A DNA stretch of 64,000 nucleotides from Macrostomum lignano (Eukaryota): positions 32,870 to 96,869 of the forward strand of contig NIVC01001415.1 of assembly GCA_002269645.1 (NCBI GenBank). The letters are read 5' to 3'. Below the pieces are notes generated by a model. It had not been told where the DNA came from, made no database searches, and worked only from the letters and a program-made list of their open reading frames with translations. A program made the translations under genes and the position numbers. Below are positions 11,601 to 22,294 of this stretch, piece by piece (the first letter of the stretch is position 1; every line of letters starts with the position of its first letter).

Positions 11601-14600
11601 GCAGCCGCTGCAGCAGCGGAGCGCGATCGTCTCGCTGGCGGCGCTGGCCTCGGCCCTGGCGGCCTGTCGCACTCGGCCTCTCAGCTGCAGCATCACCAGG
11701 CCCTGCAGCAGAAGAAGCAGCGCCAGCATCAGCAGCAGCGCCAGCAGGGCAAGCAGCGGCAGAGAGCGGCAGCTGCAGCAGCGGCAGCCGCAGCCGCGGT
11801 CGACGACTCCTCGGACCTGTCGGACCTGGGCGAAGGCGGCGAAGGCGGGCACAGCGCTGAGGACACTTACCACAGCGTGTCCGTGCAGGTGAGCATCGCC
11901 AGTCACGTGATCTGTTCTATCACTTCTATGAGACCTCATCGGAGAATCCCCCCGCATGCATATTAAAATCAAGTGTTTTCATTTTCACACCATTTTCAGT
12001 TTTTTATTTAAAGTAACCTTTTGTTATAGACCTATTATTTACAATAAATATAAATACAAGTCGTAGCAGTGCCGCACAAATTTTTACCTTTTAGTAACTT
12101 TTGCACTTCATTCCTTGCACTTTTTGTCACCTAAAAAATCGTGATTTCTTTCCGTTACAAGCGTTTGTCCTATAAATTTTGTACATACAATTTTAATTTC
12201 AGGATAAGCTTAAGAACTTAGCATTGGAGGTATGTATTGTTCACTGTAGTAGAGACTGCACGCTCAGCTTTTAGCGTTCAAGCTATGTCTGTTTATTCCA
12301 TCGTCAGCTTTCTTGGCGGTTGGCGGGTCTTTTAAGACTTGTTTGGTTTTGGATTTTTTAATCATTGATCGAAAATGAACGATTGGAGGCAACGCTGGGA
12401 CAACTGGAAGTCACCCGATTGGCCCTGGCTGCTCTGTTACACCTGCAGATTGTGTAAATTGTGAAAATTTATTATCCGATACATATCGGTAGTGAAATTT
12501 CTAGCTGTAACTGGCTGCAGCGAATCTCCATACCCATCACTCTACCCTCCTACTTTACGCTACCCTCCCGCCTTCACGCTACTCTCCCCATTTACACTAC
12601 TCTCTACCCCCTTCAGGCTTCCCTCTCCGCCTTCACACTACCCTATACCCTTCACGCTATCATCTTCCCCTTCACATTAACCTCTCCCCTTCACGCTACC
12701 CTTCCCCTTCACACTACCCTCTCCCCTTCACGCTACCCTCTCCCTTCACACTACCCTCTCCCCTTCACACTACCCTCTCCCCTTCACGCTACCCTCTCCC
12801 CTTCACACTACCCTCTCCCTCCACACTACCCTCTCCCCCCTTCACACTACCTTCTCCTCCCTTCACACTACTATCTCCCCCTTTCACGCTACCCTCCCCC
12901 TTCACGGTATCATCTCTCCCATTCACGCTACCCTCTCTCCCTTCACACTACCCTCTCTCCATTCACACTACGCTCTCCCTCCACACTACCCTCTCCCCCC
13001 TTCACACTACCTTCTCCTCCCTTCACACTACTATCTCCCCCTTTCACGCTACCCTCCCCCTTCACGGTATCATCTCCCCCATTCACGCTACCCTCTCTCC
13101 ATTCACACTACCCTCTCCCTTCACACTACCCTGTCTCCCTTCACACTACCCTCTCTCCCTTTACACTACCCACTCTCCCTTCACACTACCCTCTCCCCTT
13201 CACGCTACCCTTTTCCCCTTCAATATTCTTTAGCGCCTAGTGAGTCAGCAGCTTTTTGATGCGCCGTTCGATATTCACGCGCTAACAAAATAATGAAAAC
13301 TAATAGTTTTCTTGACGGTACTAATGTTTTTATAATTGCTATCGAAGTATTTTCAAACTCAATTAGTTGGTCCCCTGGGTGTGCAGTAGAACTTGACACT
13401 ACCAGACCCTAATGCTACCCTGTCGGTACCCTCTACATCGATGTAGAACACTTCATCAGCCTGTTAGTGTATCCTCAGTTGCAGGGCCACCGCCACCCTC
13501 CCAGATCCTCAGTTGCTGGTCTAGCCTACCAGAGTGTCAGTTGCTGTGCCAGCCTCCCAGAGTGTCAGTTGCTGTGCCAGCCTCCCAGAGTGTCAGTTGC
13601 TGGGCCAGCCTCCCAGAGTGTCAGTTGCCGGGCCAGCCTTCTAGAGTGTCAGTTGCTGTGCCAGCCTCCCAGAGTGTCAGTTGCTGTGCCAGCCTCCCAG
13701 AGTGTCAGTTGCTGTTCCAGCCTCCCAGAGTGTCAGTTGCTGGGCCAGCCTCCCAGAGTGTCAGTTGCCGGGCCAGCCTTCTAGAGTGTCAGTTGCTGTG
13801 CCAGCCTCCCAGAGTGTCAGTTGCTGTGCCAGCCTCCCAGAGTGTCAGTTGCTGTGCCAGCCTCCCAGAGTGTCAGTTGCCGGGCCAGCCTTCTAGAGTG
13901 TCAGTTGCTGTGCCAGCCTCCCAGAGTGTCAGTTGCTGTGCCAGCCTCCCAGAGTGTCAGTTGCCGGGCCAGCCTTCTAGAGTGTCAGTTGCTGTGCCAG
14001 CCTCCCAGAGTGTCAGTTGCTGTTCCAGCCTCCCAGAGTGTCAGTTGCTGGGCCAGCCTCCCAGAGTGTCAGTTGCCGGGCCAGCCTTCTAGAGTGTCAG
14101 TTGCTGTGCCAGCCTCCCAGAGTGTCAGTTGCTGTGCCAGCCTCCCAGAGTGTCAGTTGCTGGGCCAGCCTCCCAGAGTGTCAGTTGCTGTTCCAGCCTC
14201 CCAGTGTCAGCTGCTGGACCAGCCTCCCAGATCCTCAGCTGCTGGGCCACGGCTGCTTTCCCAAATCCCATTGCATTGAGAGTCTCAGAATGCCAATTTT
14301 CAATATCAGTTTTCGTCAATCGCAAATCCCATAACTCTCCCAAATCCCCACTGAACCCCCTCAGCTGCTCGACCTGATGCACACTCTGCACATCCGGGTG
14401 GCAACCATATTCAAAAGCTGGTCGCCGCAGGAGAAATCGTCGGACTGCAGCGTGTCGTGCGCCTACCTGTGGGACACCTGCTGGTGCCCGCTGCTGCAGG
14501 GCATGGCGCGGCTCTGCTGCGACAACCGCAAGCCGGTGCGCATGCAGGCGCTGACCTACCTGCAGCGCTCCCTGCTGTTCCACGATCTTCGCAGCCTGAC

Positions 14601-15666
14601 GCCCGGCCAGTGGGAGATGTGCTTCAACAAAGTGCTGTTCCCGCTGCTGTCCACCCTGCTGGAGGCGCCAGTGAACCCCTCGGATCCAGCAGGGACTGAG
14701 GAGACCCGGGTTCGAGCCTCTACTCTGCTATGCAAAGTTTTCCTCATGCACCTGAGCCCGCTGCTCAACCTGCCCACCTTCACTGCCCTGTGGCTCACCA
14801 TATTGGACTTCATGGAGAAGTACATTCGGGCTGACAAGTCTGAGCTGCTGGTGAGTCTGCCGTGGTCTCTGCTGTGCTCGCTCTAAATTGCCATTATTAC
14901 CATATCTAGCTGCATTCTGATTGGTTGGGACTGATGTGTCATTGTTATCATATCTAGCTACATTCTGATTGGTTGGGACTGATGTGTCATTATTACCATA
15001 TCTAGCTGCATTCTGATTGGTTGGGATTGATGTGTCATTGTTATCATATCTAGCTGCATTCTGATTGGTTGGGACTGATGTGTCATTGTTATCATATCTA
15101 GCTGCATTCTGATTGGTTGGGACTGATGTGTCATTGTTATCATATCTAGCTGCATTCTGATTGGTTGGGACTGATGTGTCATTGTTATCATATCTAGCTG
15201 CATTCTGATTGGTTGGGACTGATGTGTCATTGTTATCATATCTAGCTGCATTCTGATTGGTTGACACTCTTCTTTCGCCCCGGCCAATCAGATCGAGGCC
15301 ATCCCGGAGTCGCTGAAGAACATGCTGCTGGTGATGGACAATGCCTGCATCCTGCGCCAGTCCCGCCTGTGGGACCTCACGTGGCACCGCATCGGCGCCT
15401 TCCTGCCCAGCCTGATGGAGGAGTTGTTCCCCCAGCCCAAGGAGGCTGTGGCCGAAGTTGTCGAGAATCAGCCGACTAAATCGCCGCCTTCTGCGACCGT
15501 AGCTCCGCCTGCGCCAGCTGACTCCCCCGAAGCTGCGGGTCAGCAGCAGCAGCCGGCAGCAGTGCCGAAGCTGGTGCCGCCAGCTGCAGAGCAGCAGGAG
15601 CCTGAGCAGCAATCGCCTCTGCAGCAGCAGCAAAAGTTCTCTGCTGGAGTTGTGCAGCAACTGTGA
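1116..15666 (+). CDS. GBF1: Golgi brefeldin A-resistant ARF-GEF (Sec7 domain), 5'-partial, 13 exons
   Basis: Hand-spliced GT-AG exons: 1116-1555, 2192-2517, 2670-3458, 4130-4585, 5330-5605, 5681-5925, 6294-6771, 8831-9098, 10058-10398, 10769-11017, 11580-11888, 14365-14850, 15292-15666. All phases are compatible (5038 nt = 1 + 1679 codons including TGA). GBF1 signatures: [20 protein letters not shown], Sec7 FRLPGEAP (catalytic Glu) and [59 protein letters not shown]. The N-terminus lies upstream of the window. Confidence 0.96.
1672..2172. repeat. 21-bp minisatellite (ATCCCGAATCCCACAATGCCG) in GBF1 intron
   Basis: 7-aa periodicity (IPNPTMQ) in the spurious ORFs. Confidence 0.9.
3600..4005. 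repeat. 28-bp minisatellite, same family as 1-1107 (GTTACTGGG variant)
   Basis: Direct unit identity with the first array apart from a G>A variant. Confidence 0.92.
4625..5284. repeat. 29/30-bp minisatellite (CCAGTGCTCAAGATTGGACACCCACTCCC)
   Basis: About 22 visible tandem units filling the intron 4586-5329. Confidence 0.92.
6032..6251. repeat. 33-bp minisatellite (TCTAAAAATAGAATCTGACATCATCCCCAATGG)
   Basis: About 6.5 units; 11-aa periodicity ([11 protein letters not shown]). Confidence 0.92.
6790..8690. repeat. Compound (CCTG)/(TCTG) microsatellite with CTTAGT/CTCAGT interruptions
   Basis: About 1.9 kb inside GBF1 intron 6772-8830, with a pure CCTG run at ~8585-8660. Confidence 0.95.
9140..10030. 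repeat. 22-bp minisatellite with invariant core TGCTGACTCATTCTG
   Basis: About 40 units; variable tail GAGTAGGG/GCTAGGA/GGTTGAG. Confidence 0.93.
10575..10695. repeat. 21-bp minisatellite (CCTAAGAATCCTACATCCGCC)
   Basis: About 5 units with degenerate flanks; HPPLRIL periodicity. Confidence 0.85.
11130..11430. repeat. ~22-bp minisatellite (CCAAGAATCCTCTCATCCGCCC), related to the 10575 array
   Basis: Degenerate 5' part; clean units at 11325-11430. Confidence 0.8.
12540..13225. repeat. ~19-bp pyrimidine-rich minisatellite (CCTTCACACTACCCTCTCC)
   Basis: Length-variable tandem units in GBF1 intron 11889-14364. Confidence 0.88.
13475..14245. repeat. 28-bp minisatellite, third array of the 1-1107 family (AGAGTG..GCTGTG variant)
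   Basis: Unit CCAGCCTCCCAGAGTGTCAGTTGCTGTG. Confidence 0.92.
14902..15262. repeat. 48-bp minisatellite (ATATCTAGCTGCATTCTGATTGGTTGGGACTGATGTGTCATTGTTATC)
   Basis: About 7.5 units in the last GBF1 intron. Confidence 0.93.
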
Positions 15667-15829
15667 TTTAGTGAAATCGGGAGGAGGCGCAGCTGACTCC
15701 GCATTGACAATTTGTTTAGATTTTGTCTCCATGTCTGACTGATTGGTTTTTATTCTGTTTGTGCGCACTTGCTTCTCTGTCAAGCTGGTTGGTTTTTAGT
15801 TACTGCTCTCTGTGTTATTAGTAGCATTT

Positions 15830-16060
15830 TTGGTTGCTATGGTAGCAAAATTAGTTGCTCTGTTAGCATTATTGGTTGCTATGGTAGCAAAATTGGTTGC
15901 TATGGTAGCATTATTGGTTGCTATGGTAGCAAAATGGGTTGCTATGGTAGCAAAATTGGTTGCTATGGTAGCATTATTGGTTGCTATGGTAGCAAAATGG
16001 GTTGCTATGGTAGCATTATTGGTTGCTATGGTAGCAAAATTGGTTGCTATGGTAGCATTT
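15830..16060. repeat. 21-bp minisatellite (GGTTGCTATGGTAGCAAAATT) downstream of the GBF1 stop
   Basis: Each unit contains the inverted repeat TTGCTA-TGG-TAGCAA (or a variant of it). Confidence 0.88.
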
Positions 16061-16552
16061 AATGGTCGATGGTAACATCCTTGATTGCTATGGTAGTATC
16101 ACTGCTTAGATGCTACGGTAGCATTCTTAGTTACTATCGTAACATCACTGGCTGGTTCCTGTGGTAGTATCACTAGCTGATTTAATAGTTGCTATAGTTG
16201 CAGTACTAATTGGTCTTTTTGGTAGCAGCACTAAATGCTATAGTGAGAATACTAGTTAATTATTGCTTTCAGTGGGGACCAGCTTTAATTCCAATTTAAT
16301 CGATGATAAAATATTTGATTCCCAGACTCAATGTGCGCTCGTAAAGTCGCTTTGAAACTGCGAAAGTTTTATTCCATTTGTCTGTTTATATCCAGTTTTT
16401 TGAGTCTAGTGATTGAAGAATATTGTCTTTATTAAATCATATTTACTGATTCTGATTTTCGAACTTGACCCCCTCATCCTAAAGCTCTCGACCCTGCTCT
16501 TTCTTCCAGTCAGCTGTGTGGAACCCCCTCTCAGCTGCATTCCCCCTCTGGC

Positions 16553-17735
16553 CTAATCGCTAATATCTGACACTAATATCAGCCTAATCAGTGTCAGCAT
16601 GATCGCTAATATCTGACACTAATATCAGCCTTAATCAGTGTCAGCATGATCGCTAATATCTGACACTAATATCAGCCTAATCAGTGTCAGCATGATCGCT
16701 AATATCTGACACTAATATCAGCCTAATCAGTGTCAGCATGATCGCTAATATCTGACACTAATATCAGCCTTAATCAGTGTCAGCATGATCGCTAATATCT
16801 GACACTAATATCAGCCTAATCAGTGTCAGCATGATCGCTAATATCTGACACTAATATCAGCCTAATCAGTGTCAGCATGATCGCTAATATCTGACACTAA
16901 TATCAGCCTTAATCAGTGTCAGCATGATCGCTAGTATCTGACACTAATATCAGCCTTAATCAGTGTCAGCATGATCGCTAATATCTGACACTAATATCAG
17001 CCTTAATCAGTGTCAGCATGATCGCTAGTATCTGACACTAATATCAGCCTTAATCAGTGTCAGCATGATCGCTAATATCTGACACTGATATCAGCCTAAT
17101 CAGTGTCAGCATGATCGCTAATATCTGACACTAATATCGGCCTTAATCAGTGTCAGCATGATCGCTAATATCTGACACTAATATCAGCCTTAATCAGTGT
17201 CAGCATGATCGCTAATATCTGACACTAATATCAGCCTTAATCAGTGTCAGCATGATCGCTAATATCTGACACTAATATCAGCCTAATCAGTGTCAGCATG
17301 ATCGCTAATATCTGACACTAATATCAGCCTAATCAGTGTCAGCATGATCGCTAATATCTGACACTAATATCGGCCTTAATCAGTGTCAGCATGATCGCTA
17401 GTATCTGACACTAATATCAGCCTTAATCAGTGTCAGCATGATCGCTAGTATCTGACACTAATATCAGCCTTAATCAGTGTCAGCATGATCGCTAGTATCT
17501 GACACTAATATCAGCCTTAATCAGTGTCAGCATGATCGCTAGTATCTGACACTAATATCAGCCTTAATCAGTGTCAGCATGATCGCTAATATCTGACACT
17601 AATATCGGCCTAAATCAGTGTCAGCATGATTGCTAATATCTGACACTAATATCAGCCTAAATCAGTGTCAGCATGATTGCTAATATCTGACACTAATATC
17701 AGCCTAAATCAGTGTCAGCATGATCGCTAATATCA
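16553..17735. repeat. 46/47-bp satellite between GBF1 and CTNS
   Basis: About 25 units TAATATCTGACACTAATATCAGCC(T)TAATCAGTGTCAGCATGATCGC; internal inverted repeat AGTGTCAG/CTGACACT. Confidence 0.95.
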
Positions 17736-18529
17736 CTAGTATCCGTCTCAATTGCTGAGTTAGTGTCAGATAACTACCTAGTGGGTGTCAGAGGACCAAA
17801 AGTTGGTGTCAGATTTGGCTCCATTATATTGAGGGCCATCTGACACGAATTCATTGAAGTAACGCCCTGCTCGGTTCTAAGCATGAATGATCATCCGCCT
17901 TGCCCGTTTTCATTGGTTTCTGGGAATCGCTTACTCAATGCGGAAATGCCGACTTCATGGGCTTCGGCTCTGGCGCAATTCTAAAGTACTATCACTATAT
18001 TATTTATTAATATCGTTAACAAGTTTATATGCTCGATATTCACTACTTATGCGTGCACATTTTTGGTCAGTAGTATATAGCAGCGGGTGTTGTAAACGTG
18101 AATAATTTTATTAATCACCCAGTACTGTAGTTGTCAGGCTGACAGCAGTGTCACACTATGCTTCTGTTTGTGCTGGTTATACCGTCTTCTCAGCCTGATT
18201 CTATCTGTCGATTGTGTTGTCCTCTCGTGTCCAAGCCTCGTTTTTGTGCCCCCCTTCCCCCCTGTTATAATTGTTTTCTTACAGATGACAGACAAATATA
18301 AATTCAGAGGAAATCTTTCTTGCTTTTTGAAGCTGTCCGGATTGGCGTATTGGAGACTGAAACAGCTGTGATTGCTTTTTTGTCTTCATTGCTAATTAAA
18401 TAGTTTAGCCAGCAGATTAACAATACGACACGAGAATCGCTTTATTTTACAATTTTGGACTGCCAAAATAGGTTGAAAAAAGGCCCTATTATTCTACTTA
18501 TCAGTAGTGCAGCATTTTCTATCTTGCAG

Positions 18530-21500
18530 ATGCTGCTGCCGTTGCTCGTGCTCAGCCTGCTTGCCGCACAGACTGCAGCCCAGTCAGACAATGTCACCCG
18601 CATCGGCGCCCAGTTCCTGGACTCTTCCGTCAGCCTGACTGTTGGCAGGTCAGCTCACCTGTCCATCAGTCTCAATCAGTCATTCTCAGCCGGTGACTAC
18701 CTGTACTTCACCTACCAGGCCGACTCTCAGTCACCGGTGCTGCCCTATCAGGAGCGCCAGGTTGTGCTGCCTCTGCCGGCTGTTTACCTGCCCCCCAATG
18801 CCACCGCGGCTGAGCTCAACCTCACCGGCTGGGATGCTGGCCGCCTCAGCATTGGAGTGAACTCCACCAACCCGGACTTCTTCAACAACCACAGCGTCTT
18901 TGTCCGGGTCACCGTGGCTAAGAGTGACGTCATTGACGACTTCAACTTTGTGGTCGGCATTCTGTACGTGGTGCTCTGGTCCATGTCGTTTTACCCGCAG
19001 ACTGTGCTCAACTATAGACGGAAGTGAGTTTTCTCATTTGAGTCCTCTGTGCTGTGAGGTTCCTTGAGTCCTCTGTGCTGTGAGGTTCCTTGAGTCCTCT
19101 GTGCTGTGAGGTTCCTTGAGTCCTCTGTGCTGTGAGGTTCCTTGAGTCCTCTGTGCTGTGAGGTTCCTTGAGTCCTCTGTGCTGTGAGTCCTCTGTGATA
19201 ACTCACACAGGGGCTAAGGCTAGGATTAGGCTAAGATTAGGGTTAGGGTTTTTTATTAGAGGCAGGGGGGTTGTGTGCACTCTGGTGCACTTTAAGCGAC
19301 ATTGGCACACAACCGGCGAGAGGCATTGCTGCCCATTCCGCCGACTCCCCTGAGCAGGCATACAAGCGCGCGGATACATACGCAGGCACACACTCACACA
19401 GGAGTGTACAGCGGCCCTAACTTTATTTTATCGTTAGGCATGTACACTTCACTGCGCCTTGGGGGGTTGGCTCTCAAGGCCGTTAATTGCACGAGCAGAG
19501 CCAAGCCGAGATTCCAATTCAGCCCCAAATTAATGTGACTGCACTTGGAATCGAGCCTGGGTCGCTGGCACATCAGAGCAGCTGCGCTACCGCTGGGCTA
19601 CGCCCCCCCTTAGGGTTAGGGTTAGGGTTGGCAGTCAAATGGCTGGCCGTCAACAGTCACAGACCCCAGTCCAGCTGTGGTGGGGGCTGCAGTCCAGCCA
19701 TGCCGCACCCGCAGGTCGGTGGTTGGCCTCAACTTCGACTTCATCGGGCTGAACCTGCTGGGCTTCTGCGCCTACGCGGCCTTCAACGTGTGCCTGTACT
19801 GGGTGGCGCCGGTGCAGGAGCTGTACTTCAGGCGGCATCCGCGCGGCGTCATCCCCGTGGAAATCGCCGACGTGGTGTTCACTTTGCACGCAGTTGTCAT
19901 CACCTCTGTGCAGGTGAGAAAGTCACTGGTTGCCAGATCAGAGTCTGCAGCCGGGAGAGAATGCTGATGAGCACTACTAAGTAGGTGCGCAATTCAAAAA
20001 CGAAGGTTCTTCAGAAGTAAAAAAATAGAAAACTGATCGAACGTCATTGCTTGTCCAACTGGGGCATTGCTCTAAAAGAAGACAGAGCATTGTTATACAA
20101 TTATTTTGCCTTTAAAACTTGAGGATTTTTGTGAGGTGTACATGCGTATTCTTGGAAGAGCGGATTAAAGGTAAAAGCGGTTCAAATATATCAGTTGCAG
20201 TCTGCAATGCTTGCTCAGACTCTTGTGCCATTGGATCGTCATCAAATTTATCCGATATTTCAATCGCTGTCACCCCCACCGGGATCGCCAGGTGGTTCAG
20301 TGCTGCCTGTACGAGCGCGGCGGGCAGCGGGTGTCCCTGACTGCCCGCCTGCTGCTGGCCGCGATGCTGCTGTTCCTGCTGGCTGCCCTGCTGGTGTCCG
20401 CCTTCTGGCAGGCCGGCTTCGACTGGCTCAACTATCTGTACTGCGTGTCCTATGTGAAGCTGACCGTCACCCTCATCAAGTACTCGCCTCAGGCTTACAT
20501 GAACTACAAGTAAGTGGCTTAGGTGGCTCTGCTCCCGTTTGCCCCGCCTCTGACTACAGTTTGGTGGCTCTGATGCCCTCACATCGCTAACCTTACCGAC
20601 CATAGCTTATCTTGCGCTCATTTCTTCACATAGCCCTCCATCTTTCCATATTCATTTTCTATCTTCCCACACTCCTTTCCACCTTCCCACACTCCTCCCC
20701 ATCTTCCCACATACATCCCTACCTTCCCACACTCCTTCCCATCTTCCCACATACATCCCTACCTTCCCACACTCCTTCCCATCTTCCCACATACATTCCT
20801 ACCTTCCCACACTCCTCCCCATCTTCCCACATACATCCCTACCTTCCCACACTCCTTCCCATCTTCCCACATACATCCCTACCTTCCCACACTCCTTCCC
20901 ATCTTCCCACATACATCCCTACCTTCCCACACTCCTTCCCATCTTCCCACATACATTCCTACCTTCCCACACTCCTTCCCATCTTCCCACATACATCCCT
21001 ACCTTCCCACACTCCTTCCCATCTTCCCACATACATTCCTACCTTCCCACACTCCTTCCCATCTTCCCACATGCATTCCTACCTTCCCACACTCCTTCCC
21101 ATCTTCCCACACTGCACTCATTCTCCCTATCTAGATCTTACCGCATCCCTCGTCTTTTCCCGCTGCTTCTTAATTCACATCCTCCTAGGCATGCCTTCCC
21201 ATCCTTAGACCCAGGCTCCAACCTTTCCTTCCCAACTGAACTCCACACGCTCCCCAGACGGCAGTCGACAGACGGCTGGTCCATCGGGACGATCTTCACC
21301 GACTTCAGCGGCGGCGCGCTCAGCATCCTGCAGATGATGCTGCTGGCCTACAACTACAACGACTGGCCCTCCATCATGGGCGACCCGACCAAGTTCGGCC
21401 TGGGGCTGGTCTCCATCCTGTACGACTGCGTCTTCTTCGTGCAGCACTACGGGCTCTACGGCGAGCCGGCGAGGCGGCGGCGACAGCGACGGCTGCTGCG

Positions 21501-21621
21501 CGTGTCTGCGACGGAGGCTGCCGACTCGCCCGCCGTCAATCAGCCGCCCACTGCCGCCGCAGAGCAGCCCGACGAGGGTCAGCCGGGCGATGCCGATGAT
21601 AACAAACCGCTGCTGGGTTGA
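18530..21621 (+). CDS. CTNS: Cystinosin, lysosomal cystine/H+ symporter (PQ-loop), 4 exons, 424 aa
   Basis: Exons 18530-19023, 19715-19913, 20292-20509, 21258-21621 (1275 nt, in frame). Signal peptide MLLPLLVLSLLAAQ and glycosylated luminal domain. PQ loops WSMSFYPQ and KYSPQAYMNY; SVVGLNFDF; QCCLYERGGQRVS; GDPTKFGLG. Confidence 0.96.
19040..19197. repeat. 26-bp minisatellite (GAGTCCTCTGTGCTGTGAGGTTCCTT) in CTNS intron 1
   Basis: About 6 tandem units. Confidence 0.9.
19249..19609 (-). mobile_element. tRNA-derived SINE (361 bp) flanked by (TTAGGG)2 direct repeats
   Basis: Minus strand begins GGGGGGGCG-TAGCCCAGCGG (A box)...GGCTCGATTCC (B box) and ends CTAATAAAAAA. TTAGGGTTAGGG lies at 19237-19248 and 19610-19621. 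Confidence 0.75.
20660..21112. repeat. 40-bp dimeric repeat of two 20-bp monomers in CTNS intron 3
   Basis: Alternation of CTTCCCACACTCCTTCCCAT and CTTCCCACATACATCCCTAC. Confidence 0.9.
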
Positions 21622-21639
21622 GCAGCGTGGGAATGTCCG

Positions 21640-21729
21640 CTGTCTGTCTGTCTGCTGTCTGTCTGTCTCTGTCTGTCTGTCTGTCTCTTTGTCTGTCTGT
21701 CTGTCTGTCTGTCTTAGTGTCTGTCTTAG

Positions 21730-21782
<53 letters not shown>

Positions 21783-21831
21783 TAGTGTCTGTCTGTCTGT
21801 CTGTCCTTCTGTCTGTCTGTCTGTCTGTCCT

Positions 21832-21868
<37 letters not shown>

Positions 21869-21885
21869 GTCTGTCTGTCTGTCTC

Positions 21886-21924
<39 letters not shown>

Positions 21925-22005
21925 TAGTGTCTGTCTGTCTGTCTTAGTGTCTGTCTGTCTGTCTGTCTTAGTGTCTGTCTTTCTGTCTGTCTGTCTGTCT
22001 GTCCT

Positions 22006-22086
<81 letters not shown>

Positions 22087-22136
22087 GTCTGTCCTGTCTG
22101 TCTGTCTGTCTGTCTGTCATTCTGTCTGTCTGTCCT

Positions 22137-22174
<38 letters not shown>

Positions 22175-22233
22175 CTTCTGCCTGTCTGTCTCTGTCTGTC
22201 TGTCTGTCTCTTTATCTGTCTGTCTGTCTGTCC

Positions 22234-22294
<61 letters not shown>

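Noticed and set aside
11902-11911. CLEAR/TFEB-like GTCACGTGAT as a CTNS regulatory element
   Set aside because: A single short motif 6.6 kb from the CTNS start; expected by chance.
14728-15783. 351-aa minus-strand ORF and other antisense ORFs (24651-25733; 27668-28702 on +)
   Set aside because: Antisense shadows of GC-rich exons plus repeat-derived segments; the real genes are on the opposite strand.
19540-19609. Functional tRNA gene
   Set aside because: A and B boxes are present, but I could not fold a canonical cloverleaf or find a Pol III terminator after it; it continues into a SINE body and A-tail.
19610-19629. True telomere or chromosome-fusion scar
   Set aside because: Only 2-3 TTAGGG units, same orientation on both sides, inside an intron; better explained as an insertion target/TSD.
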